Part shown: piece after piece, positions 15,036 to 42,110 of the stretch
Position numbering within the stretch: the stretch's first letter is position 1
How the letters are laid out: every line of letters begins with the position of its first letter
Position numbers and translations under genes: made by a program
The notes under the pieces: generated by a model
Database searches by the model: none
Seen by the model: the letters and a program-made list of their open reading frames with translations, nothing else
Told to the model about the DNA's origin: nothing
Assembly: GCF_009914755.1 (NCBI RefSeq)
Contig: NC_060944.1
Strand: one strand, 5' to 3'
DNA length: 64,000 nucleotides
Source: the human T2T-CHM13v2.0 reference genome, Homo sapiens

Positions 15036-15564
15036 CTGCAAGTCACAGTAGGGGGTATTGGGTAAGGTGCTTGGGGAGGGCAGAGGATGGCACACTTCTT
15101 CTTGCCCCCCTTTAAAAGCTCAGTCCTAAGGAAGTATGCCCAGATAAAACAGCAGTCCCCTTCAATCCTCACCCAGGGCATGCTCTGTCTGCCCATGTCC
15201 GTCCCTTTCCCGCCCCCTGCGCCTGATGCATTCCTATGCCCATTGAGAGCTGATCATGTGACGCTTGGCCAGCGTCCAGCCTACCCCACCAGCTGTAGTT
15301 TTCTGCTTCCCAATGCTGTCCATTGCTCCTGCTCTATTTGGGATGAGCTCCACACACAGGGTCATGGGTACCCCACTGCTAGCTTTAGTGGCCTGTGGAA
15401 GCTATTGGTAAGGGACCAACTACCTAGTGGGAGGGGGCCAAAGGCAGCATCAAACTAGCTCTGAAAATAGTTACCCAGTTTGTAAGCAAGAGGCCAACAA
15501 CACAAAGAACTGCATTTCCTTAAATCTTGTTCCAAAGCCTCTCTCTGTGTATTCAAGTGTTTTA

Positions 15565-16240
<676 letters not shown>

Positions 16241-16687
16241 CATCTCCTTTAATTTTTATCATAAATCTGTGAGACAGGAACCATCTATTGTTATCTTCGT
16301 CATAGACTGAGAAAACAGAGCCAGGCAGGAAAGGGATAAATCCCACCTCCCCAGCATCCTCCAGCACGGGGTAAATCCCGGGGCACTTGCTGCCAACCCT
16401 GAAGCTGCATGGGAGCTCCTGTTCCCCAACCCTTTGTGTCTCCCTTTCTCTGCCCAGCCTGGCCTCAAGGACAAGCCCCTTCGAAGCAGTAGGAGGTGGA
16501 GGGAACCATTTAACGAAGTCCTTGGGGCTCAGCAGTGTCTCTCCACTTGCCCTACCCTGGAGGCCCAGGAGCAGCCTGGTTTTGCATCAGGAGCAAGGGT
16601 TCCGTTTCTGTGGGCTGGAGAGGGGCTGGTTTCTGTCAGGAGCAACAGATGCGCTCAGCCACAAGGGTGTGTCCCCAGACAACTCAC

Positions 16688-16984
16688 ACTTCACTTGGAG
16701 GTGAATCTCGCTCTGAGCCCTGTGATTGGCCACGGAGAGCTGGCAGCGCAGGATCCGGCCGTGGTCCTGCCAGGACATGGCCATGTGGAGGGTCTCCAGG
16801 TGGCCGACGCCGGTGGGCTCAAACTTCTGGCTGTTGAAGGTGACAGAGCGAGCAGGGTCCTGGCCTTGCCACTGCAGTCTGACCTGCTCCTGCAGGCATA
16901 CGTAGGGAGTGGAGCAGTTGAAGTCCACCTCTGTGCCCTCGAGAAGCTCCACCGGGGAGGCAATGGTGGGCACCCTGGGCTCCT
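16688..16984 (-). CDS. SIGLEC1: Coding exon 3, C2-set Ig domain 2
   Basis: 297 nt, phase 1-1; [30 protein letters not shown]...LRCQLSV...LQVK. Confidence 0.96.
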
Positions 16985-17009
16985 CTGAGGACAGAGACAG
17001 CAGTGCTCA

Positions 17010-17696
<687 letters not shown>

Positions 17697-18023
17697 TCAG
17701 GGTGCCACAGAGCCCTGCGACCTGCCCCAGAGAAGGTGCCCCAGCTGGGCTCCCAAATTCTGCCCTGCCCCGAGAAATGCACACTTAGAGCAGCCCTTCT
17801 CAGTGCCCCAGGGGTCAGTCCACTGCCCGAGGCTGCTCAGAGGTTTGGTAGGGTGGCTCGAAGACAGATGGCAGCTTCCTGCCCAGCTCCTGGCCACTGC
17901 CCGATTGGGCCCTCCCTTGACCTCAGCAACCAAACATGTGACCCAGGCATAGTCTAATCTGCCAAGGGCTGGACTTATGAAGGCTGGACCCTGGAAGACA
18001 GGCACTAGGCCCGCAAAGCTTAC

Positions 18024-18072
18024 CTGCTGGGAAGAATGAGGCCAGGAGGAGAAGCTTGGGCAAGAAGCCCAT
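18024..18072 (-). CDS. SIGLEC1: Sialoadhesin coding exon 1 (start codon, signal peptide MGFLPKLLLLASFFPAG)
   Basis: ATG at 18072 in strong Kozak context (GCTATGG); 49 nt ending CAG|GTAAG; hydrophobic signal peptide; phase 1 joins the V-set exon in frame. Confidence 0.95.
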
Positions 18073-18181
18073 AGCAGGTTCTTGTGCTGCTCCTGTTGCC
18101 TAAGAGGGTGGTGCGCACTGCGCTGGCTGGGCTCACAGGGGCCTCCAGGGACACCTCTGGGCACTTTAGCCCCAGCACCTG
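18073..18181 (-). other. SIGLEC1: 5'UTR part of the ATG-containing exon
   Basis: Tandem acceptor CTTCTAG|CAG|GTG at 18181/18178 on the minus strand; no upstream ATG in this segment. Confidence 0.7.
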
Positions 18182-19289
18182 CTAGAAGTCCGAGCCTGTG
18201 TCCCCACCTCCTCTGCTGGCCAACCCAATAAGAGGGCAGGGCTCTTAAAGACCTCTGAGTCAGACACCAGCAGAGAGCCAGGAGGCCACGTTCCCAGCTC
18301 AGGCTGTGCCCAGGAATGCCCTCACTTGGTGGCCTGCCTCAGAAAAGCCTGTGTGTCCCTTGGCCCTATCCCAAGTTCTGCTTTCCCAGCCCCTCAAGGA
18401 TACCACCCTAAGGCAGATGAACAGCTGTTTCTCCCTCTTCCCCACTTCCCTGCCCCCTCCCCACCACCCAAACCAACAGGAACTGGAGCCCAGAGATGCC
18501 CAGTTACTCACTCCAAGACACCCAGCTAGAATGATGGTTTCTTCCTGAGGCTTGTCTCCTACCACCTGCCTTACTAACTATAGACCATAATGGGGCTTTA
18601 CTGAACTTGCCGAAGTGCTGCCTTTAACAGTCACTCCCCTGCTCAAAAACCTTCTGTGGCTCCCCATTGCCCGTGAGATGTGAAAAGTCCTCATTTCCTG
18701 CCCCCAGCTCTGTCCCCATTCCCTGCTCTCCGCAGACCCACTCTGGGGGCAGTTCTGTCTGCTCAAGGGCTCCCTAGCTGCCCAGCTCTATCTCCACCAC
18801 AGATAATCTTTGCCTGCTGAAACCTTATTCAACCTTCAAGGAGCAGCATGAATTTGGCTTCCAGCTGGAACTTCTCCTTTGAGGTTCCTGTAGCTACCCC
18901 AGAGCTATCTCTATTTTCCTTGCCTTGTTTTTTACAGCTTGTGAGAGCCCATTTCTCAGGACCTAGAACTGAAGATATGTGCCCCATAGCAGTGCGGAGC
19001 CTACCAGGCATTCAGCAAACCCCTTAGTGACTAAGAGAGGGGTGAGGTCTTTAGGGGTTCAGAGCTGAGGTTCAGAGTTGGAGTGGGGAGGTGGCAAGGC
19101 AAGTCTAGGTTTGAAAGGTAGCATGAGAGCGCTGTGGAACACATACCCCACAAATATGAGCTCAATGTGTGCGGAGTGTACCATATCCAAAAAGGCAGGC
19201 CCTCAACCATGGAGTGCCCCTGGTCAGGGAGTGTCTAAGGGGTACCATAGACCTGAGCCCAAAAGGAAGAGATGCCAGAAACACATATA

Positions 19290-21020
<1,731 letters not shown>

Positions 21021-22009
21021 CCCATGTTGCCAACTTTGCAATCCTCCCTGGTCCTAAATGCTGACTTGGCCAAGTGAACGAGGAGGCTGGAAGTGGGGAC
21101 AGGAAACTCATGACCTCCCAGCTCCCAGCCCATCCGCCTCAGGGGCTGGGCTCAGCAGATTCCAATGACTACCAGGGGTCACACCTGGGAAGGGGGTGAG
21201 CCGAGGCCCAGGGCCAGTCAGGCTGACCAGGTGGGACTTAGCCTGCTGCAGAAGGCAGAAGGTGCCCCAGCAGGGGGCACAGTACAGGGCGGGATTGGGA
21301 CAGGAAGGACACCGCTCCCCAGGGGACCCAGCCCTCTCGCAGGCTGCTGGAGTGGACTGATCTGGCCATTTATGGAGGCCCAAGGGCTCATCTCCAGTTC
21401 TCTAGGAAGCCCTAGGCCTCCTCCTCTTCTGGGAAGATGCACCCCCAGCCTCCACACCAGGTTCTTGGCCACTGGAGAATGATATAGCTGGGGCCCTGGG
21501 ACCTGGACACCTCACCGTGAAGAAAAGCAGCCTGCTGGGCACACTGGGGGTCAGATGTGTCCCTGGCCACAGGGGATGTCAGGGTCAGCTCTGCTATGGC
21601 CAGGGCAGCTATCTTGTCCCAGCTCCCCTGTTCCTCCCATTTGGGGTCCTGAAAAGGGCAATCGTGAACCTGATGGAAGAATGGTGGGGTTCTGGACACA
21701 GCGACCCTGGAACAGGGCGCGGGGGAGGACCCTTTCCAGGACCACTCCCATCACATAATGTAGAGGCCACCTATGCTTAGCCCGGCCCTAACCCCAAAGG
21801 GGTCAGCCCCACCGGAATCCAGCCTATTGGCTCAGCCTGTCACCACAAAGGCCAGCTTCAGCCCAGATAACTGTTCTGGAAACAGAAAGAGCAGGGACCG
21901 CTCAGAAAGGAGATCTCTGTCCCTGTTTGAAAGCCTGGAGTTGAGGGGACAGTGCCCCGCCCCCCGCCCCCCGCAACTTGGGTTGCAGCTGTGGCCTAGT
22001 GAGCACGCA

Positions 22010-22023
22010 GCGCCCCCTGGTGG
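22010..22023 (-). promoter_or_regulatory. CTCF binding motif
   Basis: Minus strand reads CCACCAGGGGGCGC, a consensus CTCF core, inside a small CpG/GC-box patch (21950-22060). Confidence 0.75.
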
Positions 22024-22439
22024 TCGAGGGGGAATTGCGGGTCCCGGGAAAGGGGGCGGTGTGCCAGCAACAGGGAGCAGGCAGCTCTGCAGCCCTGAAC
22101 CATCCCTCCCTTGGGTGACTCTTTTGGAAATCATTGTTCCCCAGACAGGAGGTTCCTGAGGTTCATACTTGGGTCTCCAAGTCTTGGGTGCTCTGAAGAC
22201 AGGATTTTAAATCCCCACTCCTACTATTGGTATGTGTTGCATCAGGGTGGCTTGAGCTGGCCTGGTACACAGTGGGCACTCACGTTTGCTGCCTGTTTGA
22301 GACCAAGTGCCTCAGGAGGTCTTGGAGGGTTGGCTGGGGCCCCAAGTCCCTGACCTCTGATTCCAGAGGCCAAGTTTAGCTGGGGAAGAAAGGGCAGAGG
22401 CAGTTTCCCTATGGACAGCTAGGCCCGGGTGTAGGATTC

Positions 22440-22452
22440 AGTTTCTGTTTCC
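22440..22452 (+). promoter_or_regulatory. Consensus ISRE in SIGLEC1 intron 1
   Basis: AGTTTCTGTTTCC exactly matches AGTTTCNNTTTCC; SIGLEC1 is an established type I interferon-stimulated gene. Confidence 0.65.
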
Positions 22453-23413
22453 TGACACCAAGGCTTCTCCCCAACTTCCCCATTGGGCTAGAGAAGGAAG
22501 AACACAGGGTGACATGGCCAGCTGGAGGTTACTGGCCCACAGATAGGGAGTCAGGGTACGGATGGGCAATTCCTGGAGCAGATTATGGTCAAAATAGTGG
22601 AAATCCCCAATCACAGGCCAAATGTTTAATTCTCAGAGCCATAGAATCCATAACTAATGCTTATTGGCTTTGACATGGGCAGTAGAAATTTCACACTTCA
22701 TTCCTTAATCTGGCTCTAAATGCTTCTGGCTGGAGTGCTCACTCTCCAAACTGTGCTGGACAGCACCAGAAGCCCTCCTGTGGACGGACGAAGTGGTGAT
22801 GGATGAAGTGGAATTGTGCTGGGGTTAGAGTAAGGAGAGATTATCGTTGGGCTGGGCTGGGGCTGAGGTCAGGGTGATGATCAGGTTGGAATTCTGGAAG
22901 CAAATTAAGGCTGGGATTGGGGTGGACATTGAGGTTGAGTGATGGGTGGGGGTAAGGGTGAAGGTTGGAGTTGGGTGCAGGTGATGGTTAAGATACGGTG
23001 GAGGCTGGGTTGAGATGAGGATGATAGAGTCGGAGTTGTGGTTAGGGTTGGGATGATGGATGGTTGGGATTAGATGAGATGAGTAAATGGTTAGGGTTGG
23101 GGTGCAAGTGAGGTGAGGGTGAGATAAGGTTGGAATAGGGGCTGGGGCTGGGGCTGAGGTAGGGTCAGAGCAGGGTGATGGTCGGGACTGGGATTGGGAT
23201 GCAGGTTGGAAGGATTTGGGGGTGGTGGAAGGGTTTCAGTTGAGTCCATCTTTGATTAGTGTCTTGGACTTGGGTTGGTTTGGGGTCCACCACTCGCACC
23301 CAGATGGAGCCCCCCCCCGACCCCTGCCCCTATCCCGCTCAGCCAGTTTCAGCCCAGCCCCGCTCCTAATGCTCCACTCACCCTCTGGGCCCAGGGACCA
23401 GGGACAGGGGTAC

Positions 23414-23560
23414 CTGCTCCACAGAAGGAAGTGGCTGCGGCGGTGCTGGACCTGCGGAGAGGAGAACAGGAAGGACGGCCAAGAGCTCCTGGTGCAGCTG
23501 GCTCCCCAGGGCTCTGCCGGCTCAAGAGAGAAGGATCCCGTATCAGGGGCTGCTTCCTCT
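23414..23560 (-). other. SIGLEC1: Probable non-coding first exon (5' end approximate)
   Basis: Minus-strand donor GAGCAG|GTACCC at 23414; local CpG enrichment; adjacent myeloid TF motif cluster; agrees with my recollection of an upstream UTR exon. The TSS cannot be fixed from sequence. Confidence 0.6.
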
Positions 23561-23845
23561 TTCCCAAAGCCTCAGCTCTACTGTCCAACCCAGAGGCTGG
23601 TCAGGGAGGCAGCTGCAGGCCTTGCGCAATGCCAAAACGGGAAAGACCTCCATAGGGGAAGGCCCTCGGCAAGGCCAGGGACTTAGGGACTCCAGCAAGC
23701 AGAAGTGGGACCGCTGCAACGCTGGAGCCTCCCCAGGCAAAGTGAGAAATGGAGTGGGGGACTCCCATTCACCAGCCAAATCCACACCCCACTCTCTCTG
23801 AGCCCCTTAGGGAGGCTGGGGGAGGTGGAAGGGGGCTTCCTGCAC
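23548..23845 (-). promoter_or_regulatory. Putative SIGLEC1 promoter motif cluster (PU.1/ETS, C/EBP, two NF-kB-like sites)
   Basis: AAAGAGGAAGCA on minus strand (~23551-23562); CTTGCGCAAT 23621-23630; GGGGACTCCC 23757-23766; GGGGGCTTCC 23831-23840. Confidence 0.55.
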
Positions 23846-24074
23846 ACAGCTCTCCTCCCTGACACCTGAGAGGGAGGCGCGCCCAGCCTGGGGTGGGGAT
23901 GCACTACACGATGCCCAGACCAAGGCAGTTATTCTCCAAGCCATTCAGGAGCCTCCCTGTACCACTGAGTACTCTTAAGAACCCCCAAGAGGCAGTCCCG
24001 TGTTGTGGGGGACATAAGGCCCCAATGTCCAGGACACTCCTCAGGTTTTCTCTTTCCCCTCTCACTGTCCTGTA

Positions 24075-28620
<4,546 letters not shown>

Positions 28621-29020
28621 AACCACCACACCAACATCTAGTTCAAGATGGTGGACTGAGAACTTGTCTCTGCCATTCCTGGCCCATCCAATACCACTGA
28701 GAGCACAGTAAGCAAAGGGAAAAGGAGACAGAAGGGCTGGGAACAGGATGGCTGGGGGATGGGAAGTATCCACTGCACAGGATTTTGATTTAATTCTAGA
28801 AGATAGAAAGAGGGAGGATCACGTTCAGGAACAGATGCGGGTAAAGGAAACCAGAGCCAAAGCACGCTGAGAGAAAGCTGCCCCAGAGGCCGGAGCAGAA
28901 GTGGACTCTCTACAGGGACTCAATACACCCCAAAGGGTTGGTAGCTGGCACACGTACCTCTCCACCCCCACATGTAACACTGCAGGGCAGAGGAAATACC
29001 CTAGGTGAGTTCCAGTATCA

Positions 29021-29738
<718 letters not shown>

Positions 29739-29764
29739 TTACTGTGGGCCTGGCAGTATTATGA

Positions 29765-32880
<3,116 letters not shown>

Positions 32881-33254
32881 CAGAATATATAAAAATGAAA
32901 AGAGGGCGGAAGAGTGGAACTGCGGGGTAGAAAATTTTGCATTTTGTTTCATCTCTCTGTATATGTTGAACTTTTTTTTTTAACCTACATGTACTACGTC
33001 ATATCCACAGCCCCCAACCATCCACCAGGCATCAACTGCTGTGTTTATATGGAGGGTTGAGCAATCATTCCTGCCTCCTTCCAGTTCGTCTTCCTGTACT
33101 GCAGAGGCTAGAAAACTAAATTTATATCACCCAGATTCCCTTCCAGCTACCTTAATGCTACCACCTCATTCAGCCATCATTGATTCTCCACTTCACCAAA
33201 CTGGTCAATAATTGTCTCTTCTAAAAATATTAGAATTGGGACTAAGAGACACTA

Positions 33255-33598
33255 CAGCTGACCCTTAAACAACATGGGTTTGAACTGTGCTAGTCTGCTT
33301 ATACACAGATTTTTAAAAAAATAAACATATTGAAAAAAATTTTGGAGAGATGTGACAATTTGAAAAAACTCACAAACCACATAGCTAGAAATATCAAAAA
33401 AAAAAAAAACTGAAACAGAGTTAGGTAGGTCAGGAATGCATAAATATATATGTTAATTGGCTGTTTATATTATTAGTAGGGCTTCCAGTCAACAGAAGGC
33501 TATTAGTAATTAAGTATTTGAGTCAAAAGTTATACACAGATTTTTGATGATGAGGAGGATTAGTGCCCCCAACCCCCATGTTGTTCAAGGGTTAGCTA
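33255..33598. mobile_element. Tigger-derived non-autonomous DNA transposon (Tigger3a/MER7-like)
   Basis: Terminal inverted repeats CAGCTGACCCTTAAACAACATGGG ... CCCATGTTGTTCAAGGGTTAGCTA; TA on both sides; 344 bp. Confidence 0.8.
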
Positions 33599-33609
33599 TA
33601 TTTGAAATC

Positions 33610-36330
<2,721 letters not shown>

Positions 36331-36335
36331 GTCAA

Positions 36336-38032
<1,697 letters not shown>

Positions 38033-40447
38033 CTTGCGTGTTTTCTGACATACTGTCAAAAGGATACTCATACTAAATGGCAACACATTCTCAAGCCCCT
38101 TCCTTTTCTTCTCCTATCTGCTTTACCACACACCATAGCTGCTTTTACCGTTTTCTCCTTAAAAACTCAAAAAAACCTTCCCCCAACCTATCTATCCACT
38201 TCTTGTCCTCCCCTCAAACCCACTCCATTTTGATTCTGCATCATAAAAACCAAGCAGAGTTCTGGGGAGGCAGAAGCCTCCTCTTATGATATTGGAAGGG
38301 GGTGGATGAAATTGAGCACACAAAGCCAGAATCCTCTTTTGTGGAAAGATGGGGGCAGTGGGCAGAGGGAAGCAGGCTCATCTCTTTCCCTCTCTTCCCT
38401 TCCCTTCTCTTTCACACCACACGCTCCGCCTGGGTGAGCTCATCGTCCTCGTGTCTTCAATTTCCACCTCCAGGAGATCGACTGCCAAATTTCTACCCGC
38501 AATCCCAAACTCCACTCTGAGCTCCAGACCCATCTACTAAGTGCCTAGTCAACATTTTCTCTGTGGGATCGAATCAGATAGGATTATATTCTGCTGTGAC
38601 TAACAGAGACTGAAAATTCAGAGTCCTAAACAAAAGACTTTCTTTTTCTTGTGCTGAAAAGTCTGGAAGTACACAGCCCTAGGCTGGAATAGGGATACTG
38701 CTGGGGGGCTCCGCCTCCTTGCAGGCTGCCCCTCTGCTATCTCCAGGGTGTGTCCCTCAACCACACTGTCCAAAGTGGTGACTGAAGGACCAGTCCTCCC
38801 ACTGACATTCCAGGCAACAGAATGGAGAAGAACAGGCTGAGGAAGGAGGAACCACAGGCGCCCTCCAGCTGTTTCAAGGAAGGTTCCTGGAAGATGCTAA
38901 ATAACAATTCCGTTTATATCTCATTAGCCAGGCTTAGTCACGTGGCAACACCTAGAAGCAAGAAAGGCTGGGAAATATACTGTTTCTGCTGGGTTACCGT
39001 ATGCATGACTAAAAAGAGAGCGCTCTGTTCTTAGGAAAATGAGAATAGACTGGGTTGGGGGAGGATAACCAGCATTGGCTACACTGCAGCCCCACAACCT
39101 CCTCATGCTTGATGTGGCTGAAATAAAAAGAGCATCTCCCCCTAACATTTCCTTTCCCTTAGTCTTGTTCCTTTTCTGTACCCCATACCCTAGCAGAGGG
39201 GCAATTCTGTGGGGTGGGCTCACTGGCAAGGGGAGGTCTCACCCAAGCTCAGTCAAGGGTGAGCAGAGAGAATTGTACAAGGAAGCTGAATTTCCAGCTG
39301 GTCTGGAGGAAACACTGCAAACCCCAAACAGAAGATGTCCAGGTGGAGCAAATGCAGCTGAGAGTTCTTGTCCAAGGGGACAGAATGTCAGCAGAGTAGG
39401 ACACAAGGGCAGGTCTCTACTGAAAGCACCAGGGGCAAAGTCACCCAGCCCTTCAACCGGCTGGCCACCAAGCACATCGGCTCCACTCTGCCTCCTGCCC
39501 GTGCCACCCTTTGCACTTTTGTCTGTACCATCTCCTCCACCAGGAGTGCCCTTCCCGCTCCTCCATGTGGTATACTCTCAGCCACCCCTCAGGCTCAGAT
39601 CCAGAGCCACCTCCTCCAAGAAGTCTCCACCTGTCTGCTGGGAACCCTCACATCACACTGGGAGACGAAGCCAAAAGTGGGGGGGTCAGTACAGAGGTGT
39701 GGGAGGTAGGTCCAATCCTGGCTGGACCTGGCTTTGGGTGCCATTTGGGACAGGGTATTGGGGAGGTTCAGCAGGAAGGTGGGACCTCAAGGCTTTCTTT
39801 TTATGAAGGAGGAGGAACCAGCTGTTGACAGAGCAGCAACAGCAGGGAGCCACCAAGGCTGAGCCTTGAACCCTGGGCCACCAGGCTCCTGCAGGCAACT
39901 GGGAGCAGCTCAGCCTCTCACAGTCCCATTTCCAGGGAGGAAGATGATGCAGCCTGAGGCAATTGGCCACCTGGAGGAAGTTCAGCTGGGTGGGGCAGGC
40001 AGAGGAATTCCTGGAAGGAAGCTCACCCCTCAGCACTGGGGTAGAGGGACACTAGAGACAGGGGTGGCCCAGGAGCTGCCCACCTCCTATCCCCATGAAT
40101 AAGCAGGTGGGCCCGGGTGACCAGCTGGGAGCCACCCCTGGGTGCTCAGGTACCATGCTTCTGGCCCAGCCTCCTGAGCTGTGGCACAGGCAAGAGCACC
40201 GGCCCACGGGGTCTGCATGGGGCAGTGACCTGTTCTCTCTAAGCTTCAGCTTTCTCATCTGTAGAAAGAGGGTGAAGAGTCCTTCCCCACCATGGTTGTG
40301 GTGAGGGTAACTGAAGTGTCAGGGTAGGGGACCCAGTGGGGCACCAGCACACCTGAGGTTCAGTCAACAAGGCCCACTGGTGAAGAAAACCTCGCCCACC
40401 CTCCCGTCCCTCCTGAGGCAGGTGGTGGAGGCACATGCCCTCTCCAT

Positions 40448-40558
40448 TGTGTGTGCATGAGTGTGTGGGTGCATGCATGTGTGTGCATGCATGTGTGTGT
40501 GCATGTGTGTGCATGCATGTGTGTGCGAATGTGTGTGTGTGCGCACATGCATGTGTGC
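40448..40558. repeat. (TG)/(TGCA) alternating purine-pyrimidine repeat
   Basis: TGTGTGCATGCATG units over ~110 nt. Confidence 0.9.
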
Positions 40559-41894
40559 TAAGCTCTGGAGAACAAGCAGCCAGGCTTGGGCAGGAGTCCG
40601 GGGGCAAGGGGGGGACATGCAAAGTTCTCTCCACAGCCCCTCAGTGCTAACAGGCTGAGGTGGGGGATGACATGTCTTAGAAACAAACTTCACCCTCTGC
40701 CCTAAAACTGCCTGCTGGTCTGCCACATCGGGCCAAGCTGTGGGTACTTGGAAAGAGGGCCCTGCTCCTGCCTTCCAAACCCAGGAAGTCTTGAAATCCC
40801 CATGGAGGGGACCTGGGGCCAGGGGACTCCCCAAGCAGACACAGCACCCACACAAGGGTCTAAGGGACCCCTTTCTCCCCAACCGCCTGAGGTAGGGATG
40901 GATGTGGACAAGCAGCTCAGGGCTGGGGCTGGCCTAGGTGGAAGGTTCAGAAGCACAGAAGGCAGGACGTGCCCAAGGGGCCGGACATGGGGTTGGAGGC
41001 TAGGGGCTGGAAAAAGAGTTTGGGAGGTCAGCCAAGGGCAGTCCACGCCTTGGCTCTTCTCTGGGTCATGGGGAGCCACGGAGAGTATAGGAGTGGTGAT
41101 GGGATGGCCCCAGAGTTGTGCCTTTGAAAGTCACCTCTGGTTGCAGATAGAGATGGACTGGGGGCAGGGCTGAGAGGAAGGGCATCTCATGAGAGGGGAA
41201 ATCCCTGACCACAGTCCAGAGGAAAACAGCGGGCCTGGGGAGAGGCTGCTCCTGGGGAGGACCTACTCAGAGGCTGATTCTTCCTCGTGCTACCCCACCC
41301 AGGGAGATGCAGGAAGCTGGTGAGGTCAGTGGGTGGGCCCACAACCATGCTGGAGAGGAGCAGGAGGGAGACGGGAGGGCACAGAGAGGTAGAGGGCAGG
41401 GACTCTGAGGACCCTCATCCATGCCCACCTGGACAATTGAATCGAGCTTCCTCTAGTGTGGAATGTGGGCTCACTGGGGCTATTTGCTATCCTTCTCTCA
41501 TGTCAGACTGGATGCGGCCCAAGGGTGGGGTCTGTGACTCCCTCATCAGACTGAGGGGGGCCGAAATGTGGGGGTGGGGGAAGGAGGGAGCTTCCAAACA
41601 GGAAGGTTTGGAGGGCGCTGGCACTGAGGACAGGGGATACGCCCCCCATGAGTCTTCACCCCTGCTCAGAGCCTGCTGCCGTGGCCCTCAGAGACGAGCC
41701 CATCTTTGGAGCTGGAGTTGGGGACAGGGAAACCAGGTGGAAGGGAAAAAGAAAAAAGGGGCAGGCATGAGTGTGAGGGGCCAGACCCTGCAGACCCCAG
41801 GACATGCACAGCAGACACACACTCCAATCCCTCCTGGCTCTGCTCAGCCTCAAACGAGGTGCAGGCCTGCAGGCCCCAACCAAGGACCCCTGTT

Positions 41895-42110
41895 ACACAC
41901 AGACACAAAGACACAAGATGCAGCAACACACACACGTAATACAGAAACACAGTCACACACTAGCGCACACACAGACACAGTCAGACAATCCAAGAAACAC
42001 ACTCACACATGAACAGACATATAAGCAAAGTCTTACACATACAAAGACACACTTAAGCACAGACACAAACACACCAACAGATGCACAGACGGACACACAT
42101 AGACGCACAC
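41895..42110. repeat. Degenerate (CA)-rich low-complexity tract
   Basis: ACACAGACAC-type units. Confidence 0.8.

Noticed and set aside
39075-39806. 243-aa intergenic ORF
   Set aside because: Non-ATG start (TTG), no recognisable homology, no supporting exon structure; a BLASTP hit or Ribo-seq signal would be needed.
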